A stretch of 20,000 bases of DNA from an uncultured virus (IMG/VR IMGVR_UViG_3300029305_011619) (taxonomy: Duplodnaviria > Heunggongvirae > Uroviricota > Caudoviricetes). The translations under genes and the position numbers were made by a program. Positions 1-6,968 of this stretch are shown one piece after another. The DNA lies in the IMG/VR virus record IMGVR_UViG_3300029305_011619; one strand, 5' to 3'. Position 1 is the first letter of the stretch. Each line of letters starts with the position of its first letter. The notes beneath the pieces were generated by a model, which saw nothing but the letters and a program-made list of their open reading frames with translations, was not told where the DNA came from and ran no database searches.

Positions 1-852
1 ATTAGTGCGCCGAACAAACCTCTTATGGATAATTTAAGATACCTTAAGGAATTATTGGAGTCTATGATGCCTGCCACACATCATACATCTGCTTTTGCTT
101 ATGTGAATGGAAGATGTACCGTGGATGCAGTAAAGCGTCACCAGCAGAACGGGAGCAAATGGTTTGCAAAATTGGATTTCTCAGACTTTTTTGGTAGCAC
201 CACAGAAGAATTTGTACTGAAAATGTTTAGTATGATTTTCCCCTTTAGCGAGATTGTAAAGACAGAATCAGGATACAATGCATTAAAGACAGCATTAAGC
301 TTATGCTTCTTAGATGGCGGGCTCCCTCAAGGAACACCAATCTCTCCGTTTATTACCAATGTTATGATGATTCCTATTGATCACCATTTATACAACCAGT
401 TACGTAAGTCTGACGATAAATTGATATACACAAGATACGCTGATGATATTCTTGTGTCCTCAAGAAAAACATTTGATCATAAAAAAATTTCGAGTATTAT
501 TGTTGATACATTGCGTAAATTTGACGCCCCATTTTCTATCAATCATAAAAAAACCAGATACGGCTCTTCTTCTGGAAGAAATTGGAATCTTGGATTGATG
601 TTAAATAAAGATAATAATATCACTATCGGTTATAGAAACAAGAAATTTTTCAAAGCTATGTGTAATAACTATTTGCAAGATAAAGCAAATAATATAAATT
701 GGGATTTACATGATGTGCAAGTTTTTTCTGGTAAAATCTCATACTATCGTAGCATAGAGCCAGAATACATCGACTATTTAATTGGTCATTATAATCATAA
801 GTTTAATGCAGATATTCTTAGTCTTATTCATAACGATATTGTAAATTTGTAA
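1..852 (+). CDS. Retron-like reverse transcriptase (5'-truncated by window edge)
   Basis: Frame is open from base 1 (ISAPNKPL.., like the R-x-I-x-AP motif of retron RTs). Motifs: AFAYVNGR..DAVKRH (region X, NAxxH-like), KLDFSDFF, LPQGTPISP, YTRYADD (catalytic), INHKKT, and NLGL where retrons have VTGL. Confidence 0.92.
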   Translation: MSAPNKPLMDNLRYLKELLESMMPATHHTSAFAYVNGRCTVDAVKRHQQNGSKWFAKLDFSDFFGSTTEEFVLKMFSMIFPFSEIVKTESGYNALKTALSLCFLDGGLPQGTPISPFITNVMMIPIDHHLYNQLRKSDDKLIYTRYADDILVSSRKTFDHKKISSIIVDTLRKFDAPFSINHKKTRYGSSSGRNWNLGLMLNKDNNITIGYRNKKFFKAMCNNYLQDKANNINWDLHDVQVFSGKISYYRSIEPEYIDYLIGHYNHKFNADILSLIHNDIVNL

Positions 853-859
853 TTTTTTT

Positions 860-1143
860 TATGGTGTTTATAAAAAAGAATGCGATGAAGATTTATAATA
901 GTACTTCTGTATTGTTATATCTTTGTGTTTTTAGCCAAAGAAATACTAAGTCGAATACTCATTCTCAAACTGAGGTTAATCCTAGCTACCTCCATACCAG
1001 CGAAGACTCCATCAAAGATGGAAGTCGATGCTGGTACAGGAGGATGCTAGATTAACCCTCATCAGCGAATACACCTCAGGCATTAAAATAAAAAGCAGGA
1101 CGATTTTTATTTTTAATAGATTGCATTCTTTGCAAACACCATA
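860..1143 (+). ncRNA. Putative retron msr-msd-like ncRNA, copy 1
   Basis: Inverted repeats aaagaatgcgat (875-886)/attgcattcttt (1120-1131), extended by tatggtgttt (860-869)/aaacaccata (1134-1143). Unpaired G887. Conserved hairpin 921-940. Long imperfect hairpin 971-1061 and AT-rich hairpin 1082-1117. Starts 8 nt after the RT stop. Confidence 0.8.
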
Positions 1144-1149
1144 CAATAT

Positions 1150-1225
1150 TGGGATATCGCCAAGTCGGTAAGGCACAGGACTTTGACTCCTGCATTCGCT
1201 GGTTCGAGTCCAGCTATCCCAGCCA
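1150..1225 (+). tRNA. tRNA-Gln(UUG)
   Basis: Acceptor tgggata/tatccca, anticodon arm cagga-ctTTGac-tcctg, GTTCGAGTC T-loop, encoded CCA. Confidence 0.95.
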
Positions 1226-1479
1226 ATAATATACAATGTAGATTCCCTATAATACATAAGTAAAATAAAAGGGGCTTCGTGTTACAAGCCGAAGTATAAA
1301 AATGTTAAGAGTCTCCGCCTTTGCCAGACGCTTTCAGGCTCCCGAGCCTGAAAAGCTCTTCGCCAAGGCTTCCTGCTTAACGCATTTTTAATATAAATTA
1401 AATTTGCTAATCCATGCGGCGGAATCCGCCGCTTGTATAGCAATTTCTAATTTAGTATTAATAACAGATTGTATATTAT
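1226..1479 (+). ncRNA. Putative retron msr-msd-like ncRNA, copy 2
   Basis: Perfect 12-bp inverted repeat ataatatacaat (1226-1237)/attgtatattat (1468-1479), G1238, AG at 1466-1467. Conserved hairpin cttcg-tgttacaagc-cgaag at 1275-1294. Two long hairpins at 1297-1390 and about 1389-1460. Confidence 0.8.
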
Positions 1480-1484
1480 ATTAT

Positions 1485-1567
<83 letters not shown>

Positions 1568-1668
1568 CAAATTCAGTAGTGAGTACAAAGCCTTACTGAT
1601 TATGCCACAACGTACACCCTTTGCTTAAATCGTCTGTACAACGATGAGCTTAGGAGTGGCAGAGATTA

Positions 1669-1742
1669 GGAATGGTGGTGTAAAGGTAGCATACCCTCGA
1701 CATATAGGGAGGTTTCGGGTTCAAGTCCCAACCATCCGACCA
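1669..1742 (+). pseudogene. Degenerate tRNA-like element
   Basis: D-arm-like gtgtaaaggtagcat, T-loop GTTCAAGTC and ACCA end are present. Acceptor and T stems are mismatched and the anticodon arm is irregular (ccct-cgacatat-aggg). Confidence 0.55.
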
Positions 1743-1914
1743 AAAAGAAAATCTCTTAAAAGTATGAAGTATGAAAAAACGGATTAAATAATAGGATGAC
1801 GACGTGGTTTTGGTTCCACCGAACAAGATAAAAAACCAAGCGAGTAACGATACTGCAGGTCAAACCTCGCATCCGTTCCTATAGGTGAAAGTCCTATGGC
1901 TGAATTTCTAATAC

Positions 1915-1991
1915 GGGCATTTAGCTGAGTTGGTTACAGCACCCGGCTCATAACCGGTAGATCCAAGGTTCGAGTCCTTGAATGCCCACCA
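1915..1991 (+). tRNA. tRNA-Ile2/Met (CAU), probably lysidine-type Ile2
   Basis: Acceptor gggcatt/aatgccc; ccgg-ctCATaa-ccgg arm resembles Firmicutes tRNA-Ile2; CCA. Confidence 0.9.
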
Positions 1992-2019
1992 CTATACGAC
2001 AATACACTGTCGTGTAAAC

Positions 2020-2145
2020 ACCTCTCTTTAGGAGCACCGGTTATTTGTAGTTAGTGTATCAATGCTACAAGAAAGAAACTCCAGGGATAGTGCCGCCCTA
2101 TGTGTGAGCTCGCACACAGCTTTTGCTGGGAAATTCAAGAGAGGT
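2020..2145 (+). ncRNA. Unidentified multibranch structured RNA in a tRNA spacer
   Basis: Closing 9-bp stem acctctctt/aagagaggt. It encloses ggag/ctcc, ttgtagt/gctacaa, aggg/ccct, tgtgtga/tcgcaca and cagc-tttt-gctg helices. Confidence 0.45.
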
Positions 2146-2151
2146 CAATAT

Positions 2152-2394
2152 GCGCCACTAACTCAGTTGGTTAGAGTACCTGGATTTATTAAGGGGGTGT
2201 ACCCAAGTGGTGATGGGGCTGGTCTTATACACCAGTTGCCGACTGTTCGATTCAGTCCACCCCTACCAAATTATTTTTAGGAGAATGCCTATGAAATACG
2301 AATAAGACATAGAGAAGAGTTCTTAATAGACAATGTGTTGTCTAAAAATACTAAATCCAGTTAGTGCGAGGTTCGAGTCCTCGGTGGCGTACCA
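2152..2394 (+). tRNA. Split/interrupted tRNA (anticodon undetermined) with an insertion of about 163 nt in the anticodon arm
   Basis: 5' half gcgccac-ta-actcagttggttagagt-a-cctggattta (2152-2188). 3' half taaatccagt-tagtg-cgaggttcgagtcctcg-gtggcgt-acca (2352-2394). Acceptor, D and T arms are intact; ctggattta/taaatccag pair perfectly. Confidence 0.75.
2193..2268 (+). tRNA. tRNA-Ile(UAU), nested within the split tRNA
   Basis: Acceptor gggggtg/cacccct, anticodon arm ctggt-ctTATac-accag, T arm gactg-ttcgatt-cagtc, ACCA end. Confidence 0.85.
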
Positions 2395-2616
2395 GTTGGA
2401 GAGATGGTAGCATCCCTGACTTCACTCCGTAGGGTGACTCCTACATCAAAGATTATCGGATGCGCATTTTTGGTTTAGAATAAGACTTTTTACGTTGTTA
2501 GGGAAGAAAGGAAATTCAGATTGCAATCGAGTTGGTAAGCTTCACGTTTTAGGTGAAGATTCCACTCAGGTTCCGATACGCCTCTTCACAATGCGTACCA
2601 GATCGGAGCCGCCTCT

Positions 2617-2693
2617 CGAGGTGTAGAACAACTTGGTAGTTCGCTACATTTGGGATGTAGAAGTCGCAGGTTCGAATCCTGTCACCTCGACCA
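2617..2693 (+). tRNA. tRNA-Pro(UGG)
   Basis: Acceptor cgaggtg/cacctcg, ctaca-ttTGGga-tgtag, GTTCGAATC, CCA. Confidence 0.94.
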
Positions 2694-2837
2694 TTGGGTT
2701 TGACTGTACCCTGCCACACAGTTGGGTTTCCTCAGCCATATAAGAGAGGTGCGGCAGCGCGCAGGAGGTTATGCGAGCTAAGCGTCGGTGCTACAGCGAT
2801 GTGATACCAAGTACTGGCAATACACTGTAGTAAATAC

Positions 2838-2924
2838 GGAGAGATGTCCGAGTGGTTTAAGGAGCTAGTCTTGAAAACTAGTGACTCGAAAGAGCCCAGA
2901 GTTCGAATCTCTGTCTCTCCGCCA
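2838..2924 (+). tRNA. tRNA-Ser(UGA)
   Basis: Acceptor ggagaga/tctctcc, ctagt-ctTGAaa-actag, long variable arm, G discriminator and CCA. Confidence 0.95.
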
Positions 2925-2984
2925 TTGCCGGCTTGAGACTCCTCGAGGAGCATCGGCTTCATGAACCGATATGCCGGCCACCAT

Positions 2985-3060
2985 GCTATCGTAGCTCAAT
3001 CGGTAGAGCGACGTATTTGTAATGCGTATGTAGTGAGTTCGAATCTCACCGATAGCTCCA
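2985..3060 (+). tRNA. tRNA-Thr(UGU)
   Basis: Acceptor gctatcg/cgatagc, acgta-ttTGTaa-tgcgt, CCA. Confidence 0.94.
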
Positions 3061-3061
3061 A

Positions 3062-3264
3062 TTTACAATGCATTCGTTTGATTTTTTCAAACACTTTGTG
3101 TTTTTAGCCAAAGAAACGATTTGATGAGGGAATAGTAACGAGATGAGGCGATGCATGACAGCCGGAAGACGCGGACTCAAGAGACAAAAATATACTGCCA
3201 CGACGCCCACGGCCCCTGTACAGCCTTCTCCAGAAGCCCGCTCGAAATATATTTAGATTGTAGA
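3062..3264 (+). ncRNA. Putative retron msr-msd-like ncRNA, copy 3
   Basis: Inverted repeat tttacaat (3062-3069)/attgtaga (3257-3264, one G-U), G3070, AG at 3255-3256. Stem-loop gtttga/tcaaac. Hairpin ctttgtgtttttagccaaag (3094-3113) is identical to 921-940. The GC-rich cargo pairs less clearly than in the other copies. Confidence 0.7.
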
Positions 3265-3281
3265 AAGGAGAATACATATTT

Positions 3282-3632
3282 ATGAGAAGTAGAAATGAAT
3301 TAATACGCTCACTATCAAGGTATTCGTTTACAAATGAGTGTGGAGGAATTTTATTATGGATTCCAAAGTTTGAAGAATTTCTATCCGTATCTTTTGGAGA
3401 TGGTTCTAATTGTGATGATGAGTTTAACGATTATTTACTCATAACAACGTACTCGTTCTGCGATAGCGTAGTATCGCCAGACCATTTTTTAGAAAAGGAT
3501 GGGGGACAACTCGATTTTAAAGAATCTGAAGCTATGTACAAGAATGATATAACGAATACCGTATTTGATGCGTTAGATTTTATGTACGGAGAAGTTTGTG
3601 ATTTTATACCACTAAAAACATATTTGCATTAA
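3282..3632 (+). CDS. Hypothetical protein (acidic)
   Basis: 116-aa ORF with aaggag RBS. Confidence 0.8.
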   Translation: MRSRNELIRSLSRYSFTNECGGILLWIPKFEEFLSVSFGDGSNCDDEFNDYLLITTYSFCDSVVSPDHFLEKDGGQLDFKESEAMYKNDITNTVFDALDFMYGEVCDFIPLKTYLH

Positions 3633-3644
3633 TCGGAGGATTTT

Positions 3645-4199
3645 ATGATTAAACTTAATATCACCGTTGAAGATTTTGATACTCATGCAACATACTATAT
3701 TCAATTACCGTGTCAAATAAAAGATGTTTTGAATTTATCGCATGATTTACAGATTACTGAATGGGATTCATCTATGATGCTTGATTATTGCTCAGATATC
3801 GAATCTCTTAATAAGGTAATCGAAGACATTAACTGCGAAAACCCAAATATGACATTAGAAATTTTAGAAGATATTCTTAAAGCTACATGTTGCAAACTTA
3901 GTGATAAGTTTTTTATAGATAAACTATGTAGTAATGACTTCATGTTGGAGGAAGTCGATACGTCAGGTTATGATATTGATTTAATTTCAGACTCTGAGAG
4001 ATGCGCTCATTATATGGTAACTGAACTTGAGATTCCGTTTGCCAAAAACCTCGGAGGTAAGATGAGCGAAATGAAAATTCGTCCAAAATCTTTTTATGAC
4101 TGGAGAGTTGTTTGGGGTTTATACTCCAAGATGGGATTTCAGTTGTTGAGAATAGGCAGAAACTTATATGTCTTCAACTGGAGAAATGCTTGTGTTTAA
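3645..4199 (+). CDS. Hypothetical protein, possibly ArdA-like antirestriction protein
   Basis: 184 aa, ggagg RBS. The N-terminal pattern LP..ITEWD..DYCSDIESLN..IE recalls the ArdA N-terminus; judged by eye only. Confidence 0.45.
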   Translation: MIKLNITVEDFDTHATYYIQLPCQIKDVLNLSHDLQITEWDSSMMLDYCSDIESLNKVIEDINCENPNMTLEILEDILKATCCKLSDKFFIDKLCSNDFMLEEVDTSGYDIDLISDSERCAHYMVTELEIPFAKNLGGKMSEMKIRPKSFYDWRVVWGLYSKMGFQLLRIGRNLYVFNWRNACV

Positions 4200-4336
4200 T
4201 AACACTATCATCTACGGTACAAATAGACAACAATTCATCTTGTTATTACTACATGTAAAAAAATGGTAAATCTCTCTTTGGGAAGCATTTTGAAGAATTC
4301 AGTGTTTTCAAGGGCTCTAAGGGGGTAAATTTTTAA

Positions 4337-4361
4337 TTTTAGTACCGGGTTGGTACTAAAA
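4337..4361. repeat. Perfect 10-bp inverted repeat in a 250-nt intergenic gap
   Basis: ttttagtacc-gggtt-ggtactaaaa. Confidence 0.6.
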
Positions 4362-4449
4362 ATATTATTTTATTAATGAAATTTGAAGGTTTTGTGATGG
4401 AAAAATTTTTACCAACCAGAATTAAAATATCTTTAAAAGGAAGTAGATT

Positions 4450-4881
4450 ATGAGACACTTTTCAAAAGAAGAATGGTACTTTAATGGGTATACATGGTGT
4501 GGATTGGATAAAAATGCAAATTATTGGTATCCATTCTCTTACGACGACTACGGAACAGCGTATCGTATGACTTTAAATATTAATGATTGTTTAAATCATA
4601 TGACAATAAAAAGAGCTAAAGACCAGATTAAATCAGAGATTAAAAAGAGCCCGTTTTTCAAATATAGATATGAAAAAATCTATATAGTAAATATAAAAGA
4701 GTACCCGACCTTCTATTTTGATTATCTCACCATCGCAAGGAAACATAGAATTAATATAAATCACTTACATAACCAAGACGAAATCGTTAGCCGTTTAGAA
4801 AAGTATGGGTTTACTCCAATTTCTGATAATCAAAAAATTATAGAAATTAGTAAAGAAGAAATTAATCTAGATAATCTATAA
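4450..4881 (+). CDS. Hypothetical protein
   Basis: 143-aa ORF, aaggaag RBS. Confidence 0.75.
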   Translation: MRHFSKEEWYFNGYTWCGLDKNANYWYPFSYDDYGTAYRMTLNINDCLNHMTIKRAKDQIKSEIKKSPFFKYRYEKIYIVNIKEYPTFYFDYLTIARKHRININHLHNQDEIVSRLEKYGFTPISDNQKIIEISKEEINLDNL

Positions 4882-4924
4882 GGACAATTCAATGAACGGA
4901 TATTCTTATATAGGAGGTATTATA

Positions 4925-5245
4925 ATGATAATTCAAATTTGGAATAGCGAAGACGAAATAGGATATAAGCAGATAACCACATTTTATTCAGATTTTTCAA
5001 TAGCAGATATTTTTGGTGTTGACGGTGTAAAAGACACATTTAACAGAGCGTTTGAGAATTGGAAAGATGACTATAAATATCTAACAGAGCTTATTTTAGT
5101 TCTTAACAGAAAAAGCTGGTATTATGTAGATGATAATAAGGAGTTGTCGTCGTTGTACACCGAGTTGTATTATAAGGCTTCTGAATATGCGATAGCAACA
5201 TTAAAGGGAGAAGAATTAAAATACTATCTTGATATTACAGATTAA
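4925..5245 (+). CDS. Phage hypothetical protein
   Basis: Start moved to ATG 4925, behind a ggaggt RBS. TTFYSDFSIADIFG..KDTFNRAF..WK.DYKYLTEL pattern; no function assigned. Confidence 0.8.
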   Translation: MIIQIWNSEDEIGYKQITTFYSDFSIADIFGVDGVKDTFNRAFENWKDDYKYLTELILVLNRKSWYYVDDNKELSSLYTELYYKASEYAIATLKGEELKYYLDITD

Positions 5246-5271
5246 GAGTTTTATACTAGGAGGTTTAAGGA

Positions 5272-5514
5272 ATGAGCTCACCAAAAAAGTCAAACGGTAG
5301 AAAAAATAAATTATGTTTCACAATAGAATCTCTATATGATAATGGCTCTGGTATGAGATATACAAGTAAAGAGGATTTTCTAAACGAATTATCACTAATG
5401 ATTGACGACTGTATTAATAATGGGGGGTCATTTTTTGACGCTGTTATAGATTCAAACGCTAGTTGCTTTTGCACAGTAGGCGAATATGAACAAAAGATAG
5501 GATTTGACGACTAA
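5272..5514 (+). CDS. Hypothetical protein
   Basis: 80-aa ORF, aggagg RBS. Confidence 0.7.
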   Translation: MSSPKKSNGRKNKLCFTIESLYDNGSGMRYTSKEDFLNELSLMIDDCINNGGSFFDAVIDSNASCFCTVGEYEQKIGFDD

Positions 5515-5567
5515 GAGGAATACGAATTTGATATAGATAACGAGATATTTATGAATGTAATACAATA

Positions 5568-5781
5568 ACATACAATGTATATTTCTGGTAATAGATACAT
5601 ATTTTCAGAGCTTTATGTGTTTCGCTAAAGTAAGTGCTTGGTATTTTAATAAAACTAGAGCCTCGCTCGCCGCACTACCACAATATAACAAGTGCAACCC
5701 ACGATGCGTCCAGAGCTCCTAGAAGGAGCTCACGGACGACTGCAGGGTTGCACTGTTCTATTATAGTAGCAGATTGTATGT
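5568..5781 (+). ncRNA. Putative retron msr-msd-like ncRNA, copy 4
   Basis: Perfect inverted repeat acatacaat (5568-5576)/attgtatgt (5773-5781), G5577, AG at 5771-5772. Stem-loop ttctgg/tcagag. Conserved hairpin cttta-tgtgtttcgc-taaag at 5611-5630. Long hairpin about 5675-5769 (agtgcaaccc/gggttgcact, cgtcc/ggacg, gagctcct/aggagctc). Confidence 0.8.
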
Positions 5782-5810
5782 AAAATAAGATAATAATAAA
5801 GGAGAAAATT

Positions 5811-6359
5811 ATGAAAAAAGTTTTAGTAGTTGTTGATATGCAACACGATTTTATCGATGGGGCATTAGGAAGTGAAGACGCTCGTCAGATTGTAGATAAT
5901 GTTGCAGAAAAAATCAAAGGATTTGACGGAGATATCGTATTCACAATGGATACACATTCAGAAAAATACTTAACTACACAAGAAGGATATAAACTTCCTG
6001 TTCCGCATTGCATTAAAGATACTGACGGATGGGCTTTAAATGATGTTGTTTGTGTAGCAACCAAACAAAAGAGAGTTGGCTATAAAGTATTTATGAAAGA
6101 TACATTTGGTTCTATGGAGCTTGCAAAGTTTTTAGCCGACCATCAGTATTGCTATGTTGAATTTGTAGGTTTATGCACAGACATTTGTGTTATCTCAAAC
6201 GCTATGTTAGCCAAAGCCTCTGTTCCGGAAGCACAAATTGTAGTAGATGCTTCTTGTTGTGCCGGAGTGACTCAAGAGAGCCATAAAAATGCATTAGCCG
6301 CTATGAGTCAATGTCAAATTGAGATTGTTAATTATAATATCTTAAATAAAGATAATTAA
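5811..6359 (+). CDS. pncA: Nicotinamidase/pyrazinamidase (isochorismatase-family cysteine hydrolase)
   Basis: VVVDMQHDF, MDTH, PHC, K, and GLCTDICV catalytic and metal motifs. Confidence 0.88.
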   Translation: MKKVLVVVDMQHDFIDGALGSEDARQIVDNVAEKIKGFDGDIVFTMDTHSEKYLTTQEGYKLPVPHCIKDTDGWALNDVVCVATKQKRVGYKVFMKDTFGSMELAKFLADHQYCYVEFVGLCTDICVISNAMLAKASVPEAQIVVDASCCAGVTQESHKNALAAMSQCQIEIVNYNILNKDN

Positions 6360-6394
6360 AATTCTTATTTTATTGACAAAAAGGAGGTCGTGAG

Positions 6395-6964
6395 ATGGGC
6401 AAATGGGGATTGTATTGCGAATTTGAACAGAATCCAACATTAAAAATTAAATCAATTAAAGATAGGTGGGTAAAAGCAAAACATGATTTAGAAGATGCTA
6501 AATATGTCGAAGATCTAATTCATTTAGACTTTATCAAGACTATCAAAAATTATCAGACTACCTGGGATTATCGTTTGCCAACAATTAAATCCGCAGTTGA
6601 TGAATTGAAGATAACAGATGGTCGCAAGAAAAAGCCTTCTCTTAATTGCCTTAATACTTGGATAAAAAAAGATTTTTTCCCGGAAGTCAATGTTGATATT
6701 AAAGTAAACAACATAATCTCATATGGTTACGAAGGCTATCATTGGCAAATGGATTTTGATGTAAGTGGTGAGACGTATTCTATAAGCATCCCAGATAAAA
6801 AATTAATCAATTCAGAAAATTTATCTCATGCTTATGAGGGTAAGTTTGCTTTTATGCACAGAACAGGTAAAAGTTCTATAAGTGTAGAACACACCGACTA
6901 CACTGAAGAAGGCATGGCTAAATTTATAAAAGCGTATTTTGATGAATTATTTAAAGGGGTATGA
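6395..6964 (+). CDS. Hypothetical protein
   Basis: 189 aa, aggaggt RBS. Confidence 0.8.
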   Translation: MGKWGLYCEFEQNPTLKIKSIKDRWVKAKHDLEDAKYVEDLIHLDFIKTIKNYQTTWDYRLPTIKSAVDELKITDGRKKKPSLNCLNTWIKKDFFPEVNVDIKVNNIISYGYEGYHWQMDFDVSGETYSISIPDKKLINSENLSHAYEGKFAFMHRTGKSSISVEHTDYTEEGMAKFIKAYFDELFKGV

Positions 6965-6968
6965 AATT

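Noticed and set aside
2189..2351. Group I intron in the split tRNA
   Set aside because: No recognisable P/Q/R/S core; the insert is mostly a full tRNA plus an AT-rich stem.
2152..2394. Outer tRNA as an amber/ochre suppressor implying recoding
   Set aside because: An anticodon can only be made by choosing arbitrary splice points. Genes here read normally in code 11, with TAG, TGA and TAA all used as stops.
2518..2530. AGATTG motif as the 3' end of a fifth msr-msd copy
   Set aside because: No matching upstream inverted repeat with a following G, and no CTTYR..YRAAG hairpin at the expected distance.
2927..2983. Hammerhead ribozyme
   Set aside because: A three-way junction is present, but the CUGANGA and GAAA core sequences are absent.
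5528..5566. Sigma-A promoter for ncRNA copy 4 (TTGATA ... TACAAT)
   Set aside because: The hexamers are too far apart, and such matches are common in AT-rich DNA.
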